The position numbers and the translations under genes were made by a program. A model generated the notes under the pieces. That model searched no databases, was not told where the DNA came from, and was given only the letters and a program-made list of their open reading frames with translations. DNA of 64,000 nt from a phage: the NCBI GenBank assembly GCA_011911785.1, contig GCA_011911785.1_4084.1; one strand, written 5' to 3'. Shown piece after piece: positions 20,217-37,068 of the stretch (position 1 is the stretch's first letter; each line of letters starts with the position of its first letter).

Positions 20217-20909
20217 TTAAACCATTGCTGGGATAGATTTGAACATCTTGATACCGAAATCACCAGCAGCATCAGCAGCTTGGGATTTTAGGAAGACTTC
20301 AGTAACGCCATCTTTTGCAAGCATTGGGATACCAGTTAGATCGTCGATAAGTAGGCGACCTTCTTCGATTTCAGTACTTGGAACGCCTTGGAAAGATACT
20401 AGGTCTTTGTCAAATACGTTCGCACGCTCAACTAGGAAAGTAACAACAGAAGCACTTGCAATATCAACAGTACCAACACTTAGTACACCATCAACTGCGT
20501 TAGTGAAACCTTCAACTGCTAGTGGAGCGGAAGCATCATTACCACCGATTTCAGAAGTACTTAGAACAACTGCACGTTGTTGAACAACATCAACTAGACG
20601 TTTAACGTTAGTTTGAGCAGCGTAGGAAGCATTGTAATCAGCTTCAACAGTAGCAACTTCGAATGGAGTACCGTCGATACGGATGATACCTTTGTCATTT
20701 AGATATTCGGTAATAACTTCAGGAATATCAGTGTTTAGAAAACGTTGTAGACCAGCAAAAGAACCAACTGCACCAGTAACACGCACGTTAACGTCACCTA
20801 GTTTACTAACAGCGATAGAAGCTAGGGCGTTAGTACCGCAGAAATAACCTAGAATTTTGTCAAAAGAATAACCGTTAATTCGTTCAAAAGAAGTATTAAT
20901 ATTAGACAT
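20217..20909 (-). CDS. Hypothetical abundant protein, paralog B of a minus-strand pair (virion-like codon usage)
   Basis: 230 aa; shares QQRAVVL and ERANVFDKD-type segments with the 20925-21524 product; codon usage like the major capsid gene. Confidence 0.6.
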   Translation of the reverse strand: MSNINTSFERINGYSFDKILGYFCGTNALASIAVSKLGDVNVRVTGAVGSFAGLQRFLNTDIPEVITEYLNDKGIIRIDGTPFEVATVEADYNASYAAQTNVKRLVDVVQQRAVVLSTSEIGGNDASAPLAVEGFTNAVDGVLSVGTVDIASASVVTFLVERANVFDKDLVSFQGVPSTEIEEGRLLIDDLTGIPMLAKDGVTEVFLKSQAADAAGDFGIKMFKSIPAMV

Positions 20910-20924
20910 GTTAATCTCCTTATA

Positions 20925-21524
20925 TTATAGTTGAACTGGTAGAGCAGCACGAACTTTAATAGCTACAGCTTTAGCAGCTTCAGCATCACCAACACCATCA
21001 GTAGTAACATCTACGAAAGATTTAGTACGGAAGAATTTAGCTTGAGCGATTACTTTAGCTAGTTCAACAGTTGGATCAACTGGAACAGAGTAAGCAGCAC
21101 CTGGACGAACATCTTGTTTAGCGAAAACGTCTTGACGTTCGCAGATGAAGGTTAGTGCAACAGAACCAGCACCGCCAGCAACATCAGCACCAGAAGTACC
21201 GAAAGCAACTACGTTACCGCCAACAGTTTTGAAATCCGCTGGGATTACTACGTCAGTGTCAAGAGCTAGTACAGAAGTAGTAACTAGAACAGCACGTTGT
21301 TGTAGTAGTTGGGTTAGCATGAATTGGTTGTATTGTGCGTTAGTGATCGCAGTTTGTAGTGCTTCATCTTGTAGTTCAGAACCATCGGAAGTTACTTTGG
21401 TAGTACCAACTTCAACATCTGCTGGTAGATCAACAACGATAGTTACAAAACCATTATCACCACCCCAGTACTCACGGGAGTTAGCAGACATACCATAGTT
21501 ACGGTTAAAAGAATTAAGACTCAT
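20925..21524 (-). CDS. Hypothetical abundant protein, paralog A of a minus-strand pair
   Basis: 199 aa; QQRAVLVTTS and ERQDVFAKQD segments paralogous to the downstream gene. Confidence 0.6.
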   Translation of the reverse strand: MSLNSFNRNYGMSANSREYWGGDNGFVTIVVDLPADVEVGTTKVTSDGSELQDEALQTAITNAQYNQFMLTQLLQQRAVLVTTSVLALDTDVVIPADFKTVGGNVVAFGTSGADVAGGAGSVALTFICERQDVFAKQDVRPGAAYSVPVDPTVELAKVIAQAKFFRTKSFVDVTTDGVGDAEAAKAVAIKVRAALPVQL

Positions 21525-21567
21525 AAAAATCTCCTTGTCAATTTTGTGCAGGACTCTCCTGCTTAAG

Positions 21568-21647
21568 ATTATTTATCAATTATTTAAAAGCACCCACATA
21601 ATAAGTGATTTTCTTTCCTTGATTATATGCTATTATTTATCAATTAT
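21568..21647. repeat. Two exact 16-nt direct repeats attatttatcaattat (21568-21583 and 21632-21647) in a divergent promoter region
   Basis: Exact repeat read from the sequence; the minus-strand reading contains GATAAATA, close to the T4 late promoter TATAAATA. Confidence 0.5.
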
Positions 21648-21675
21648 GGGAAGAGACATTTATATGTGCTATAAT
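21648..21675 (+). promoter_or_regulatory. Promoter-like motif GGGAAG-N16-TATAAT with extended -10 (GTGCTATAAT)
   Basis: One of four GTGCTATAAT sites; upstream of the RNase H gene. Confidence 0.45.
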
Positions 21676-21741
21676 TATTAACGAAAAACACGAAAAATGG
21701 ATTTTCATGGCATCCAGAATGGTAACATCCATCACCGATAA

Positions 21742-23227
<1,486 letters not shown>

Positions 23228-23259
23228 CTGGAGAGGGATGCCGTATGGTGTCCCTATAG

Positions 23260-28153
<4,894 letters not shown>

Positions 28154-28174
28154 TTAGTATTAGATAAATGTACG

Positions 28175-28204
28175 TAGGGCAACGGAGTTTGCCCTATTTT
28201 ATTT
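28175..28204 (+). terminator. Intrinsic terminator
   Basis: Hairpin tagggcaacggagtttgcccta followed by ttttattt. Confidence 0.7.
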
Positions 28205-28226
28205 CATAAAATTCAAGGAGTGAATT

Positions 28227-29345
28227 ATGAAAATGACAAGTGGTTTTGCAAACATTCTAAAAAATAGTACTGGTAGTGTTAAAAAGAATACAGGTGTAAG
28301 TGTTGGTTTTCACGATCCAGACACATGGATTAGTACTGGTAACTACGCTCTGAACTACCGTATTAGTGGTTATTTTGACCGTGGTATTCCACTAGGTAAA
28401 GTAACTATGTTTGCTGGCGAATCTGGTTCTGGTAAATCATTTATCGTATCTGGTAACATCGCACGTGAAGCACAACAGCAAGGTATCTTCGTTGTCATGA
28501 TTGACTCTGAAAACGCCCTTGATTCTGATTGGCTACATGCACTCGGAGTAGATACTTCCGAAGAAAAATTATTGAAAGTAAACATGGGTATGATTGGCGA
28601 CGTTGCTAAATTCACCTATGAGTTCATTGAAGGGTATCGTAAAGAATACGAAAATACCCCTAAAGAAGAACGTCAAAAAGTGTTGTTCATTATCGATTCT
28701 ATTGGTATGCTTAACACTGAAGTTGCAAATGACCAAATGAAAGCTGGTAACCTAAAAGGTGATATGGGTCACAAACCTAAACAGCTTAAAGCATATATCA
28801 CGAACTGTGTAAACAGTATCGGGGCATTGAACATTGGTATGGTTTGTGTTAACCATAGTTATGAGTCACAGGACATGTTCAACCCTGATCCTAAAGTTTC
28901 CGGTGGTAGTGGATTGATTTATGCATCATCTATGGTAATTGCAATGGGTAAACTAAAACTTAAAGAAGATGAAGACGGTAATAAAACATCTGATGTAAGT
29001 GGTATTCGTTCAAAATGTAAAGTAATGAAAACACGTTATAATAAACCGTTTGAAGATGTAGAAATCAAGATTCCTTGGGATAAAGGAATGGACCCACGTA
29101 GTGGTCTACTAGATATGTTCGAGAAATACGGCCTGATTGTTAAATCTGGTAACCGACTAATGTATGTAGACATTGACACTGGTGAACAAATCCTCAAGTA
29201 TCGCAAAGACTGGATGCGTAATGAAGATTCATGTTTAGATTTGGTTATGCATCAATTTAAACGTCACCCACTGATTGAAGAAGTCAAGGAAGAAGAAAAA
29301 GGTGATGAATCTTTTGGTACTGACATTGAACTCGGTGAGGAATAA
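28227..29345 (+). CDS. uvsX: RecA-family recombinase (T4 UvsX-like)
   Basis: Walker A FAGESGSGKSF; GMDPRSGLLDM parallels UvsX GIDPYSGLLDM. Confidence 0.85.
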   Translation: MKMTSGFANILKNSTGSVKKNTGVSVGFHDPDTWISTGNYALNYRISGYFDRGIPLGKVTMFAGESGSGKSFIVSGNIAREAQQQGIFVVMIDSENALDSDWLHALGVDTSEEKLLKVNMGMIGDVAKFTYEFIEGYRKEYENTPKEERQKVLFIIDSIGMLNTEVANDQMKAGNLKGDMGHKPKQLKAYITNCVNSIGALNIGMVCVNHSYESQDMFNPDPKVSGGSGLIYASSMVIAMGKLKLKEDEDGNKTSDVSGIRSKCKVMKTRYNKPFEDVEIKIPWDKGMDPRSGLLDMFEKYGLIVKSGNRLMYVDIDTGEQILKYRKDWMRNEDSCLDLVMHQFKRHPLIEEVKEEEKGDESFGTDIELGEE

Positions 29346-29806
29346 TGAAACCTTGGCATTGGATCATTAAAGATGATAAAAGCAAACTTATTGATATGAT
29401 TACATTCTTCGATGCAGAAATCGAAGAAGCACGTAAGGAAGTCAAGAAGATTGGTATCATTGAAAAGATTGCTCAAGAAATCCCTGGCTGGCATGAGACA
29501 CGTCTTAGTCAGCTTCAAGAACTTGAAGCAGTACTGGAAATGTTAGAAATTGAAATGAAGCAGATACAAGCTGAAAAGTTCAAATACTATCTTGAGGCAT
29601 ACCGTAGAGCATTATCATCATCTGATTGTAAAAAGTATGTTGATGGTGATAAAGAGGTATGTGAATTATATGAACTAATTAATGAAGTATCATATATTCG
29701 AAATCAATATAGTAGCATTGTTAAATCGTTGGAGATGAAAGCATTTCAACTTAACAATATAGTAAAACTAAGAACAGCAGGTATCGAAGATGCTCGTTTA
29801 GAATAA
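29345..29806 (+). CDS. Hypothetical coiled-coil protein
   Basis: 153-aa ORF, ATG overlaps the uvsX stop. Confidence 0.45.
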   Translation: MKPWHWIIKDDKSKLIDMITFFDAEIEEARKEVKKIGIIEKIAQEIPGWHETRLSQLQELEAVLEMLEIEMKQIQAEKFKYYLEAYRRALSSSDCKKYVDGDKEVCELYELINEVSYIRNQYSSIVKSLEMKAFQLNNIVKLRTAGIEDARLE

Positions 29807-29816
29807 ACTAATCATA

Positions 29817-29845
29817 AGGACGCAATCATGCGTCCTTTTTATTTG
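29817..29845 (+). terminator. Intrinsic terminator
   Basis: Hairpin aggacgcaatcatgcgtcct followed by ttttatttg. Confidence 0.7.
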
Positions 29846-29855
29846 AGAAAAAAAC

Positions 29856-30674
29856 ATGTCTAAAATAGATGATTTTCTAAAACAAGTTTCAGTACTCGAC
29901 ACTGAAACCACTGGTGTTGAGAGTGATGATGATATTATTGAATTTAGTATTTCTTATCCTCAAAATGCACATGAAAATATTGACACAGTTGATAACTATA
30001 CATTGCGATATAAACCATTGAAAGACATTCCACCTGAAGCGTCGGCAGTGCATTTTATCAGTACTGAAGATGTTGCAAATTGTATTGGATATAAAGATGA
30101 TCTTGAAAATATTGACGCACTAATGGGGTGTAGAGAATATTATGTTGGTCATAATGTGCAATTTGACCGTAGAATGATGGTTGATAATGAATATAAATAT
30201 CGTAACTCAATTTCACAGTATCTTCTTGATGAGGATAAATGGATTTGTACCCTTCGTTTTGCTAAGAAAATGTTTGCTGAAGATGTAGAATTCAAAAATC
30301 TAACACTAAGTTATTTGTGGTATAAATTTGGATGTTATCGTGATGTACATCGTCCTGTTAATGCTCATGCTGCAAAAGATGATGTATTCATGTGCTATCA
30401 GGTTCTAATTAAACTTATTGAAGTTGCTATTGAACGTGGTCATATTGATCCAGAACAGGATATTGGTGAACAAATTGTCACATTCTGCAATACACCAATG
30501 CGTTATCAATTTATGCCATTTGGTAAGCATAAAGGCGAACCAATGAGTACTGTACCATTGAATTACATTGAATGGATGATTACTAATAGTGATATCCTAG
30601 ACACGAGTAATCCAAACTGTGATAAAGATTTAGTATATACATTTGAGTACGAGTATAGTAGTCGTACTAACTAA
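29856..30674 (+). CDS. DEDDh 3'-5' exonuclease (DnaQ-like) with C-terminal KHKG-motif domain
   Basis: Exo motifs LDTETTG, VGHNVQFD, HRPVNAHAAKDD; C-terminal FMPFGKHKGEPMSTVPLNYIEWM. Confidence 0.7.
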   Translation: MSKIDDFLKQVSVLDTETTGVESDDDIIEFSISYPQNAHENIDTVDNYTLRYKPLKDIPPEASAVHFISTEDVANCIGYKDDLENIDALMGCREYYVGHNVQFDRRMMVDNEYKYRNSISQYLLDEDKWICTLRFAKKMFAEDVEFKNLTLSYLWYKFGCYRDVHRPVNAHAAKDDVFMCYQVLIKLIEVAIERGHIDPEQDIGEQIVTFCNTPMRYQFMPFGKHKGEPMSTVPLNYIEWMITNSDILDTSNPNCDKDLVYTFEYEYSSRTN

Positions 30675-30688
30675 AAGGATATTCATGG

Positions 30689-32173
30689 ATGAATACTTGT
30701 AAGCTAACCTTATTGGATGAGGTTAATTGTAAATTTGAAGGACTTTCTCCTTCAATTCGTCAAAAGATGATTAGGGCAACTGAATATGTGTTGCCTTATG
30801 CTAAATTCACCCCAGCAGGTAGAATCGGGCGTTGGGATGGAAAAGTTCAATTTATGAATTTAGGTGGAAGCACTTACTTTCATATGCTTGACAAACTTTT
30901 ACCTATTCTTGAAGAAGCTAACATTGACATTGAACTTGAAGACCATAGACCAAATTATGGATTCAATTTTGAACCTATTGATGAAAATATCTTTAGTGAT
31001 GTGGTTTTTGGTGCTGGACACCACATGGAAGGTAAGTCAATCAAGCTCAGGGAGCACCAGGTTAATGCAGTTAATGCTTGCCTTGCTAACCCACATGGTT
31101 TATTATTAGCTGCTACTGGTGCGGGTAAGACGCTAATCACAGCAGCATTATCCAAGAAGGTCCAAGAGTATGGACGTTCTGTTATTATTGTACCTAGTAC
31201 TGATCTAGTTCAACAGACATATGATGATTATGTCATGTGTGGACTAGACACTGGTGTTTTTTATGGTGCACAAAAGGATTTTGGTCACCAACACACAATC
31301 ACAACATGGCAATCATTCAACTCTTTATGGAAAAAGACGAAGAAGGGTGAAATTGAACTAACTGAACAAGACGTTCATGATTTCATCGATGGTGTTGTGT
31401 GTGTTATCGTTGATGAATGTCAAGGTGCTGGTGGTGATGCATTAGTGCAGGTTCTATCAAAGGTAATGAACAATGTCCCGTTGCGTTGGGGGCTAACTGG
31501 TACAATACCAAAAGATCCAGTAGTTGCAGCAAAGATAAAATGTAATGTTGGTGATGTGATTTTCAAAATCACTGCAAAAGAATTACAAGATAAACAAATT
31601 CTAAGTACCTGTAACGTAAACTGTATCAAATTAAAAAGTAATTTAAAATTTGCATCATATGCAGAAGAATTAAAATACTTAGTAACTGACCGTGACCGAA
31701 TGGCATATGTGGCATCTTTGATAAGTGCACTGTCTGAATCTGGTAACACGTTGGTTCTTGTTGACCGTTTGGAAGCTGGTGAATTGTTATGTGAATTTTT
31801 GGGAATCCCCAAAACTGAATTTGTTCGTGGTGAAACGAAGAAGAAAGACCGTGAATCATCATATGGTGAAATTCGCTGGGCTGACAACAAAATACTCATT
31901 GCAACATATGGTGTAGCTAGTACTGGTATTAGTATTTCACGTTTATATAACGTAGTACTGATAGAGCCAGGTAAAAGCTTTGTGCGAACGATACAGTCCA
32001 TTGGACGTGGGTTGCGTAGAGCAGAAGATAAAGACCACGTAGAAATTTATGATATAAGTGGATCTAATAAGTACAGTGCAAAACACTTACGTGAAAGAAT
32101 TGCATATTATAAAGAAGCACAATATCCACATAGTGTAATCGACGTGAAAGATTGGGAAAATACAGCGGGATAA
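30689..32173 (+). CDS. uvsW: SF2 DNA helicase (T4 UvsW-like)
   Basis: Walker A LLAATGAGKT, Walker B VIVDECQ, helicase C-terminal domain motifs QSIGRGLRR. Confidence 0.75.
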   Translation: MNTCKLTLLDEVNCKFEGLSPSIRQKMIRATEYVLPYAKFTPAGRIGRWDGKVQFMNLGGSTYFHMLDKLLPILEEANIDIELEDHRPNYGFNFEPIDENIFSDVVFGAGHHMEGKSIKLREHQVNAVNACLANPHGLLLAATGAGKTLITAALSKKVQEYGRSVIIVPSTDLVQQTYDDYVMCGLDTGVFYGAQKDFGHQHTITTWQSFNSLWKKTKKGEIELTEQDVHDFIDGVVCVIVDECQGAGGDALVQVLSKVMNNVPLRWGLTGTIPKDPVVAAKIKCNVGDVIFKITAKELQDKQILSTCNVNCIKLKSNLKFASYAEELKYLVTDRDRMAYVASLISALSESGNTLVLVDRLEAGELLCEFLGIPKTEFVRGETKKKDRESSYGEIRWADNKILIATYGVASTGISISRLYNVVLIEPGKSFVRTIQSIGRGLRRAEDKDHVEIYDISGSNKYSAKHLRERIAYYKEAQYPHSVIDVKDWENTAG

Positions 32174-32215
32174 TCCCGCTGTTAATGATATAATGGACTG
32201 TATAATAAATCAAGG

Positions 32216-32653
32216 ATGTTAACAAATATGGAACTTAAATCGAGTATCGCATTTATCTGCGACCAAGAAACTTTAGACATTATGGATGTGTTATTGAATG
32301 ATGATAATATCATGGATGACATGGTATCTTCATTGGATTATATTTCCGAATTAGAAACAGATGACACAAATGTATGGCGTTGTAACACAGATGGTGATTC
32401 ATGGGTTAATATCTATGAATTACAGCAACGCATTGATTCTAAATTTGAATCACTAAAATATGATATCATTTATGCAAGTACTGATTCTAAAACATTCGTT
32501 GATATTGTTAGTCTAAGTGGAAACTTTGATTCATATCTTGATACTGATACTGATAAGATTCAAGAACTTTGTGATACCTATGGATTAGAATTTTATGGGT
32601 GTGATGAAGAAGAAGATTATTATGATGAAGAAGACGAAGATTCATTATACTAA
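32216..32653 (+). CDS. Acidic hypothetical protein
   Basis: 145-aa ORF, Asp/Glu-rich C-terminus. Confidence 0.4.
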   Translation: MLTNMELKSSIAFICDQETLDIMDVLLNDDNIMDDMVSSLDYISELETDDTNVWRCNTDGDSWVNIYELQQRIDSKFESLKYDIIYASTDSKTFVDIVSLSGNFDSYLDTDTDKIQELCDTYGLEFYGCDEEEDYYDEEDEDSLY

Positions 32654-32662
32654 GGAGACAAT

Positions 32663-33160
32663 ATGAACGTATTAACCCCAGAAAATAATTCATTTGATAT
32701 GGATTTGGTTACTGAACACATTCCAGAAGAAATGTATTGTGTGTTGGATTTGAGTGCAAATGGTGATTCAGATTTTTATTTCCGACATATTCTAAACACT
32801 GTATCTTTTAATAGTATCAGTGCAGATCTTCAAATTGGTGATAAGGTTATTCAAGTACCATTGGGATGGCAAATTATGCTAGGTGATGAAGAATCAGGTA
32901 TGGTTGAGATGTGTACTATTGAAAACATCTTAAACATGAAAGAGCCTAAAGCATTTGTATACAACCCGATTCGTTCGATGTATCCAAAATTCGAGCCAGT
33001 AAAAGTACTAAGAGTATTTGCACTTACAACTAAGTGGCAGATTCCTATGTTACCTAAAAAGAATTTACTATGTGTTCCATTGAGTAGTGGTGATAATCCA
33101 CCATGTGTTTACTTCGCCGATGAGAACGAAAAGATTCAAGACTTATACTTAGGAGTATAA
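32663..33160 (+). CDS. Hypothetical protein
   Basis: 165-aa ORF. Confidence 0.4.
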   Translation: MNVLTPENNSFDMDLVTEHIPEEMYCVLDLSANGDSDFYFRHILNTVSFNSISADLQIGDKVIQVPLGWQIMLGDEESGMVEMCTIENILNMKEPKAFVYNPIRSMYPKFEPVKVLRVFALTTKWQIPMLPKKNLLCVPLSSGDNPPCVYFADENEKIQDLYLGV

Positions 33161-33164
33161 AATA

Positions 33165-34007
33165 GTGTTAGATTTCAGTAATGTTAAAAGTAAATCGTCT
33201 GATGAAGTTATTAAACAAGAAAGTCATTCATTTTCTATTAATGATTTTCTTAAACATATTGACAGGGCTGATTACAAATATTACTCTGAAATGACCGAAG
33301 AAGAACGTAAAGATTTTACACCTTATACTGTTCTTCGTTGGGTAAGTTCATTAGATGATTCTTTGCAAGTAACTTACCCAAGTAGTAAAGTTGAAAGCGT
33401 TTTTGGTAAATGGAAAGCTGGTGGCAAAGATGCACTTACTGAATTAATCAATGAATTAAATTCAAGTGGTGTAAATGTGTCATCAGTGACAAAGTACTGT
33501 CATGCTGATTATGATTGGAGAATCAAGTTTGCAGTACAGGGTCAGTCCGATGCAAATAAATTGATTGCAGCCATGAATGATTTTAGCATTTCAGGGTCGG
33601 AAGTGATTTCTTTGGTTGATAGCACAACAGTAAAATACCAATTGATTATGTTAAATGATATGGTCAATGATGGTTTCTGGGATATGAAAGAACACCCTGA
33701 ACTAGTTTATCAATTGATGTGTGCTGTTCAGGATATGGTTGGTGGTAAAGAATTACCACGTAGTTGGCTTAACTTTTCAAAGAGTTTAAAACATGCAAAC
33801 AATGCATTATTTGACTTGATTAAAAGTACACAACCAAGTTCAGTTGCCAATCAAATGAACGAGGATGAGTATAAAATCATCTTATTACAATACACTAAGA
33901 AATCATTCGAAACTTTACTTGACAACATGGGTTATCAAGATAAAGATTCAAAAGCAATGATGAAACTATTCAAAGAAGAATGTAAGAAATATGGCAAAGA
34001 TATCTAA
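33165..34007 (+). CDS. Hypothetical protein (GTG start)
   Basis: GTG at 33165 preceded by aggag; 280-aa product. Confidence 0.4.
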   Translation: MLDFSNVKSKSSDEVIKQESHSFSINDFLKHIDRADYKYYSEMTEEERKDFTPYTVLRWVSSLDDSLQVTYPSSKVESVFGKWKAGGKDALTELINELNSSGVNVSSVTKYCHADYDWRIKFAVQGQSDANKLIAAMNDFSISGSEVISLVDSTTVKYQLIMLNDMVNDGFWDMKEHPELVYQLMCAVQDMVGGKELPRSWLNFSKSLKHANNALFDLIKSTQPSSVANQMNEDEYKIILLQYTKKSFETLLDNMGYQDKDSKAMMKLFKEECKKYGKDI

Positions 34008-34698
34008 ACCTGTATATCAATGTAAATTTTGTGATCGTGAATTTAAACGTGAAGACACAGTACATTCTCACAAATGTGAAAAGCGTGATAGATATGAAAA
34101 TCGAGACAGCCGCACCATGCGTGAGGCTTTTCGTTTATATATGCAATTCATGGAAACTAACAATTTCAAAATTAAAAAAGATGTAGAACCATATATTAGT
34201 TTTATCAAGTCAAGATACTTTAAAGATTTCTATGATTTTGCAGAATACTATTTGAATAATAGGGATATATTACATATAGATGATTTCACTTTACATCTTA
34301 TGAGAACCAATGTTCCCATTATGCAATGGAGTACATATAAAGCTAAGGATGAATGGATACTTTCATGTATACGTAATGAGCACCCCAACGATGCTGTTGC
34401 CAGAAGCGTAAATGCTTTAGTTGAATGGGAACAAATGACAAATAATCCGTGGAACACATTCTTTAAGAATGTTAGTTCTGCACGTTTGATTTCTTGGATT
34501 GAAAGTGGTAAAATATCACCTTGGTTGATATGGACTGCCCCTGTGAGTTCATCCAATGAATTGTTCTCACGACTATCAGATTCTGAATTTGAATATATAC
34601 TTAAATACATCGATCCTAGCTTTTTTGAAATTAAAAAGTTGAAGTATAAGAAAGAGTTTGAGGATATAAGAAGTATGTTAACTCAGGTGGGTTTATGA
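33991..34698 (+). CDS. Hypothetical protein with N-terminal C2H2-like zinc finger
   Basis: YQCKFCDREFKREDTVHSHKCE. Confidence 0.4.
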   Translation: MAKISKPVYQCKFCDREFKREDTVHSHKCEKRDRYENRDSRTMREAFRLYMQFMETNNFKIKKDVEPYISFIKSRYFKDFYDFAEYYLNNRDILHIDDFTLHLMRTNVPIMQWSTYKAKDEWILSCIRNEHPNDAVARSVNALVEWEQMTNNPWNTFFKNVSSARLISWIESGKISPWLIWTAPVSSSNELFSRLSDSEFEYILKYIDPSFFEIKKLKYKKEFEDIRSMLTQVGL

Positions 34699-35024
34699 AT
34701 AATAAAAGTATATACAATAAAATACCAGAAGGGTACGTTCCTGTACCTAAATCGGACAAAAGTAAAGAATTACAATTACTTCGTCAAGGAAGTATAACTG
34801 AAATAACATTGGGTGACAAAACGTTCCAAGTTCATGATCCAGTAAAAATAGAACAATTGATTAAGCTAGTCGAGAGGCATGAAGAACGTTTACATTCTGT
34901 GTCTAATGAGACAGCACAATTGAAAAGAAAGATTCAGTACATGGAAAACGAAATACGAACCTTAAGAAATTCTATTAATAAATTACAGGATCAAATAAAG
35001 AATGCAGGATTCAACCAATTCTAA
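34695..35024 (+). CDS. Hypothetical coiled-coil protein
   Basis: 109-aa ORF with heptad-like C-terminus. Confidence 0.4.
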   Translation: MNNKSIYNKIPEGYVPVPKSDKSKELQLLRQGSITEITLGDKTFQVHDPVKIEQLIKLVERHEERLHSVSNETAQLKRKIQYMENEIRTLRNSINKLQDQIKNAGFNQF

Positions 35025-35640
35025 TCATTACAGAAAAGCTAGAACAGATATTGATATTGATTTTAAAGATAGTAAATCTGTCATAGCTCAATTGCCATGT
35101 GTAAGAAGTACTGAAAAGATTACAGAAGATGGATTGATTGCACATAATAGTGGTGTACACTTTGATAATATTCCAATCGATCCAATAACTGGTTTGGCGA
35201 GTATACAATATAAAGAAGCCGAAAGATTGGGGTATCAGAAGGTTGATATCCTTTCACAATCGGCTTACATGTATGTTCGTGACAGAGAACATTTAAAGGA
35301 ACTGATGAACAGAGAGCCTAATTGGGATCTGTTGTTAGAACCAGAAATTGTTGATCATTTATCACAAATTAAAAAGCATATAACTTTACTTAATGTTTGG
35401 AAACCCCGTTCTATAGACGAGTTGGCTATGTTTATTGCTATGATTCGCCCAGGGAAACGAAATTGTCAAAGTATGAACTCTTGGTCTGAAGTAGAATCGG
35501 TTATTTGGGATTATAGTAGTATTGGGCTAGATAGTGAGGGCAAAAAATTGCGTTATTTTAAAAAACCACATGCTTATGCTTATAGCTTAATGATTGTGGT
35601 ACAATTAAACGCATTGGTTGAACATCTTACTTCTTCTTAA
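35002..35640 (+). CDS. Hypothetical protein
   Basis: 212-aa ORF. Confidence 0.4.
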   Translation: MQDSTNSNHYRKARTDIDIDFKDSKSVIAQLPCVRSTEKITEDGLIAHNSGVHFDNIPIDPITGLASIQYKEAERLGYQKVDILSQSAYMYVRDREHLKELMNREPNWDLLLEPEIVDHLSQIKKHITLLNVWKPRSIDELAMFIAMIRPGKRNCQSMNSWSEVESVIWDYSSIGLDSEGKKLRYFKKPHAYAYSLMIVVQLNALVEHLTSS

Positions 35641-35980
35641 GTGCCACATTACGTCTTTTAATACGTTTTTGTGGCAAATCACTTAACGAAATTACCGGAC
35701 CACAAACGAAATTCACCATAGGCGTATCGAAGCGTTGTGTGAAAGGTTCAAATTTCTCCATTTCTTCTTGAAAGAAAAGACACACTGGGATTGACCTGTT
35801 ACTTTGCCACCACCAATCGTGTGCTATTCCTAACAATTCATCTTGCATAGATTCATCCATAAGATCAAAACAATACAAAGTAGTATATTGCTTACTTTTA
35901 ATCTTGATGATACCAATGTAAGTTTTACCATTATATTGCAGTACTGTAATAAATGGTGGAATAGTATTATATTGATTCAT
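35627..35980 (-). CDS. Hypothetical protein, lone minus-strand gene
   Basis: 117-aa ORF filling an otherwise 400-bp plus-strand gap; Trp-rich segment HDWWWQSN. Confidence 0.4.
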   Translation of the reverse strand: MNQYNTIPPFITVLQYNGKTYIGIIKIKSKQYTTLYCFDLMDESMQDELLGIAHDWWWQSNRSIPVCLFFQEEMEKFEPFTQRFDTPMVNFVCGPVISLSDLPQKRIKRRNVALKKK

Positions 35981-36037
35981 ATGAGTTCCATAAATATTAG
36001 TATAAATTTATACCTATTATTTATGGAAGGAATAATC

Positions 36038-37015
36038 ATGTCCCATCACGGTGTGTATATGTACCCTTATAATCAGGAAGTATCATTGGGCAATTTTAAT
36101 ATGCCATTTAACAATGATAAGTTAACGATTTATCGTGGTGCTAACAATAACGTAACTTTCACAGTACACAATGCTGATGGAAAGTACACTCAATTAAAAA
36201 CTAATGAATATTTAACATTTATGATTTTCGATGCACGTAACAATACGATTTTGTTTGATACTGTATTGGAAAAGATTTTACCAAGTTGGTTAAACGATAG
36301 TGGTCAGGCTAAACCTACTTTGGGTAATAGTAAAAAAGTATATTATGGTTGTATAATTCCTGCTGGTATTATACAAGATACTAGTCCTGGTTCCAAATAC
36401 AGATGGAGTATTACTAAAGTAACTATGGACGGTTCGTTGATTGAACCAACACAGTACTTATATACTGGTTTAAATTATGAAGCATCATCTGAACTAATTA
36501 TCTCCGACAAAGCAGCACCTGTTTTCGTACCAAGCATTGAAGTTTCTGCTGATCAGAATCCATCTTGGAAATCTATCAAGTCTGCGTTCAGAGAACCTAT
36601 TAGTGATGGTTTTAAAGGTGAATTTGATGTTATGTGTACATCGCCTTTGAGAGCACAAATGCAATATGGTTTAGTTGATGGTTTAAGTACTATTGCAATT
36701 TACTGTAATGGTTTTATTGGTAGGATACAGTTACAAGGATGCTTGAGTAATGATGTACCAAGTGATAGTGATAACTATAAGTGGTTTATTATCAAGTTGG
36801 ATGGAAAAGAGTACATCGAGAATGGCATAGATGAAAATGGCGTACCCGTTCCGTTGGAAGGTATACAGGCATTTAATTTTAAAGGTAATTACATGTGGCT
36901 TCGTGTGGTTGTTAGTATTCGTCCAATCTCCAAACCAATCCCATATGATTATGCTGCAATCCGTAAAATCTATAACCCACTCTTAACTGTTCCTAAAATT
37001 TTGATTCGTCGATGA
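36038..37015 (+). CDS. Hypothetical protein
   Basis: ATG at 36038 after ggaagg; 325-aa beta-rich product. Confidence 0.5.
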   Translation: MSHHGVYMYPYNQEVSLGNFNMPFNNDKLTIYRGANNNVTFTVHNADGKYTQLKTNEYLTFMIFDARNNTILFDTVLEKILPSWLNDSGQAKPTLGNSKKVYYGCIIPAGIIQDTSPGSKYRWSITKVTMDGSLIEPTQYLYTGLNYEASSELIISDKAAPVFVPSIEVSADQNPSWKSIKSAFREPISDGFKGEFDVMCTSPLRAQMQYGLVDGLSTIAIYCNGFIGRIQLQGCLSNDVPSDSDNYKWFIIKLDGKEYIENGIDENGVPVPLEGIQAFNFKGNYMWLRVVVSIRPISKPIPYDYAAIRKIYNPLLTVPKILIRR

Positions 37016-37068
37016 GACATACTCATAAGCTGTGATATAATCATCGAAGACAAGAAAAGGAATTACAT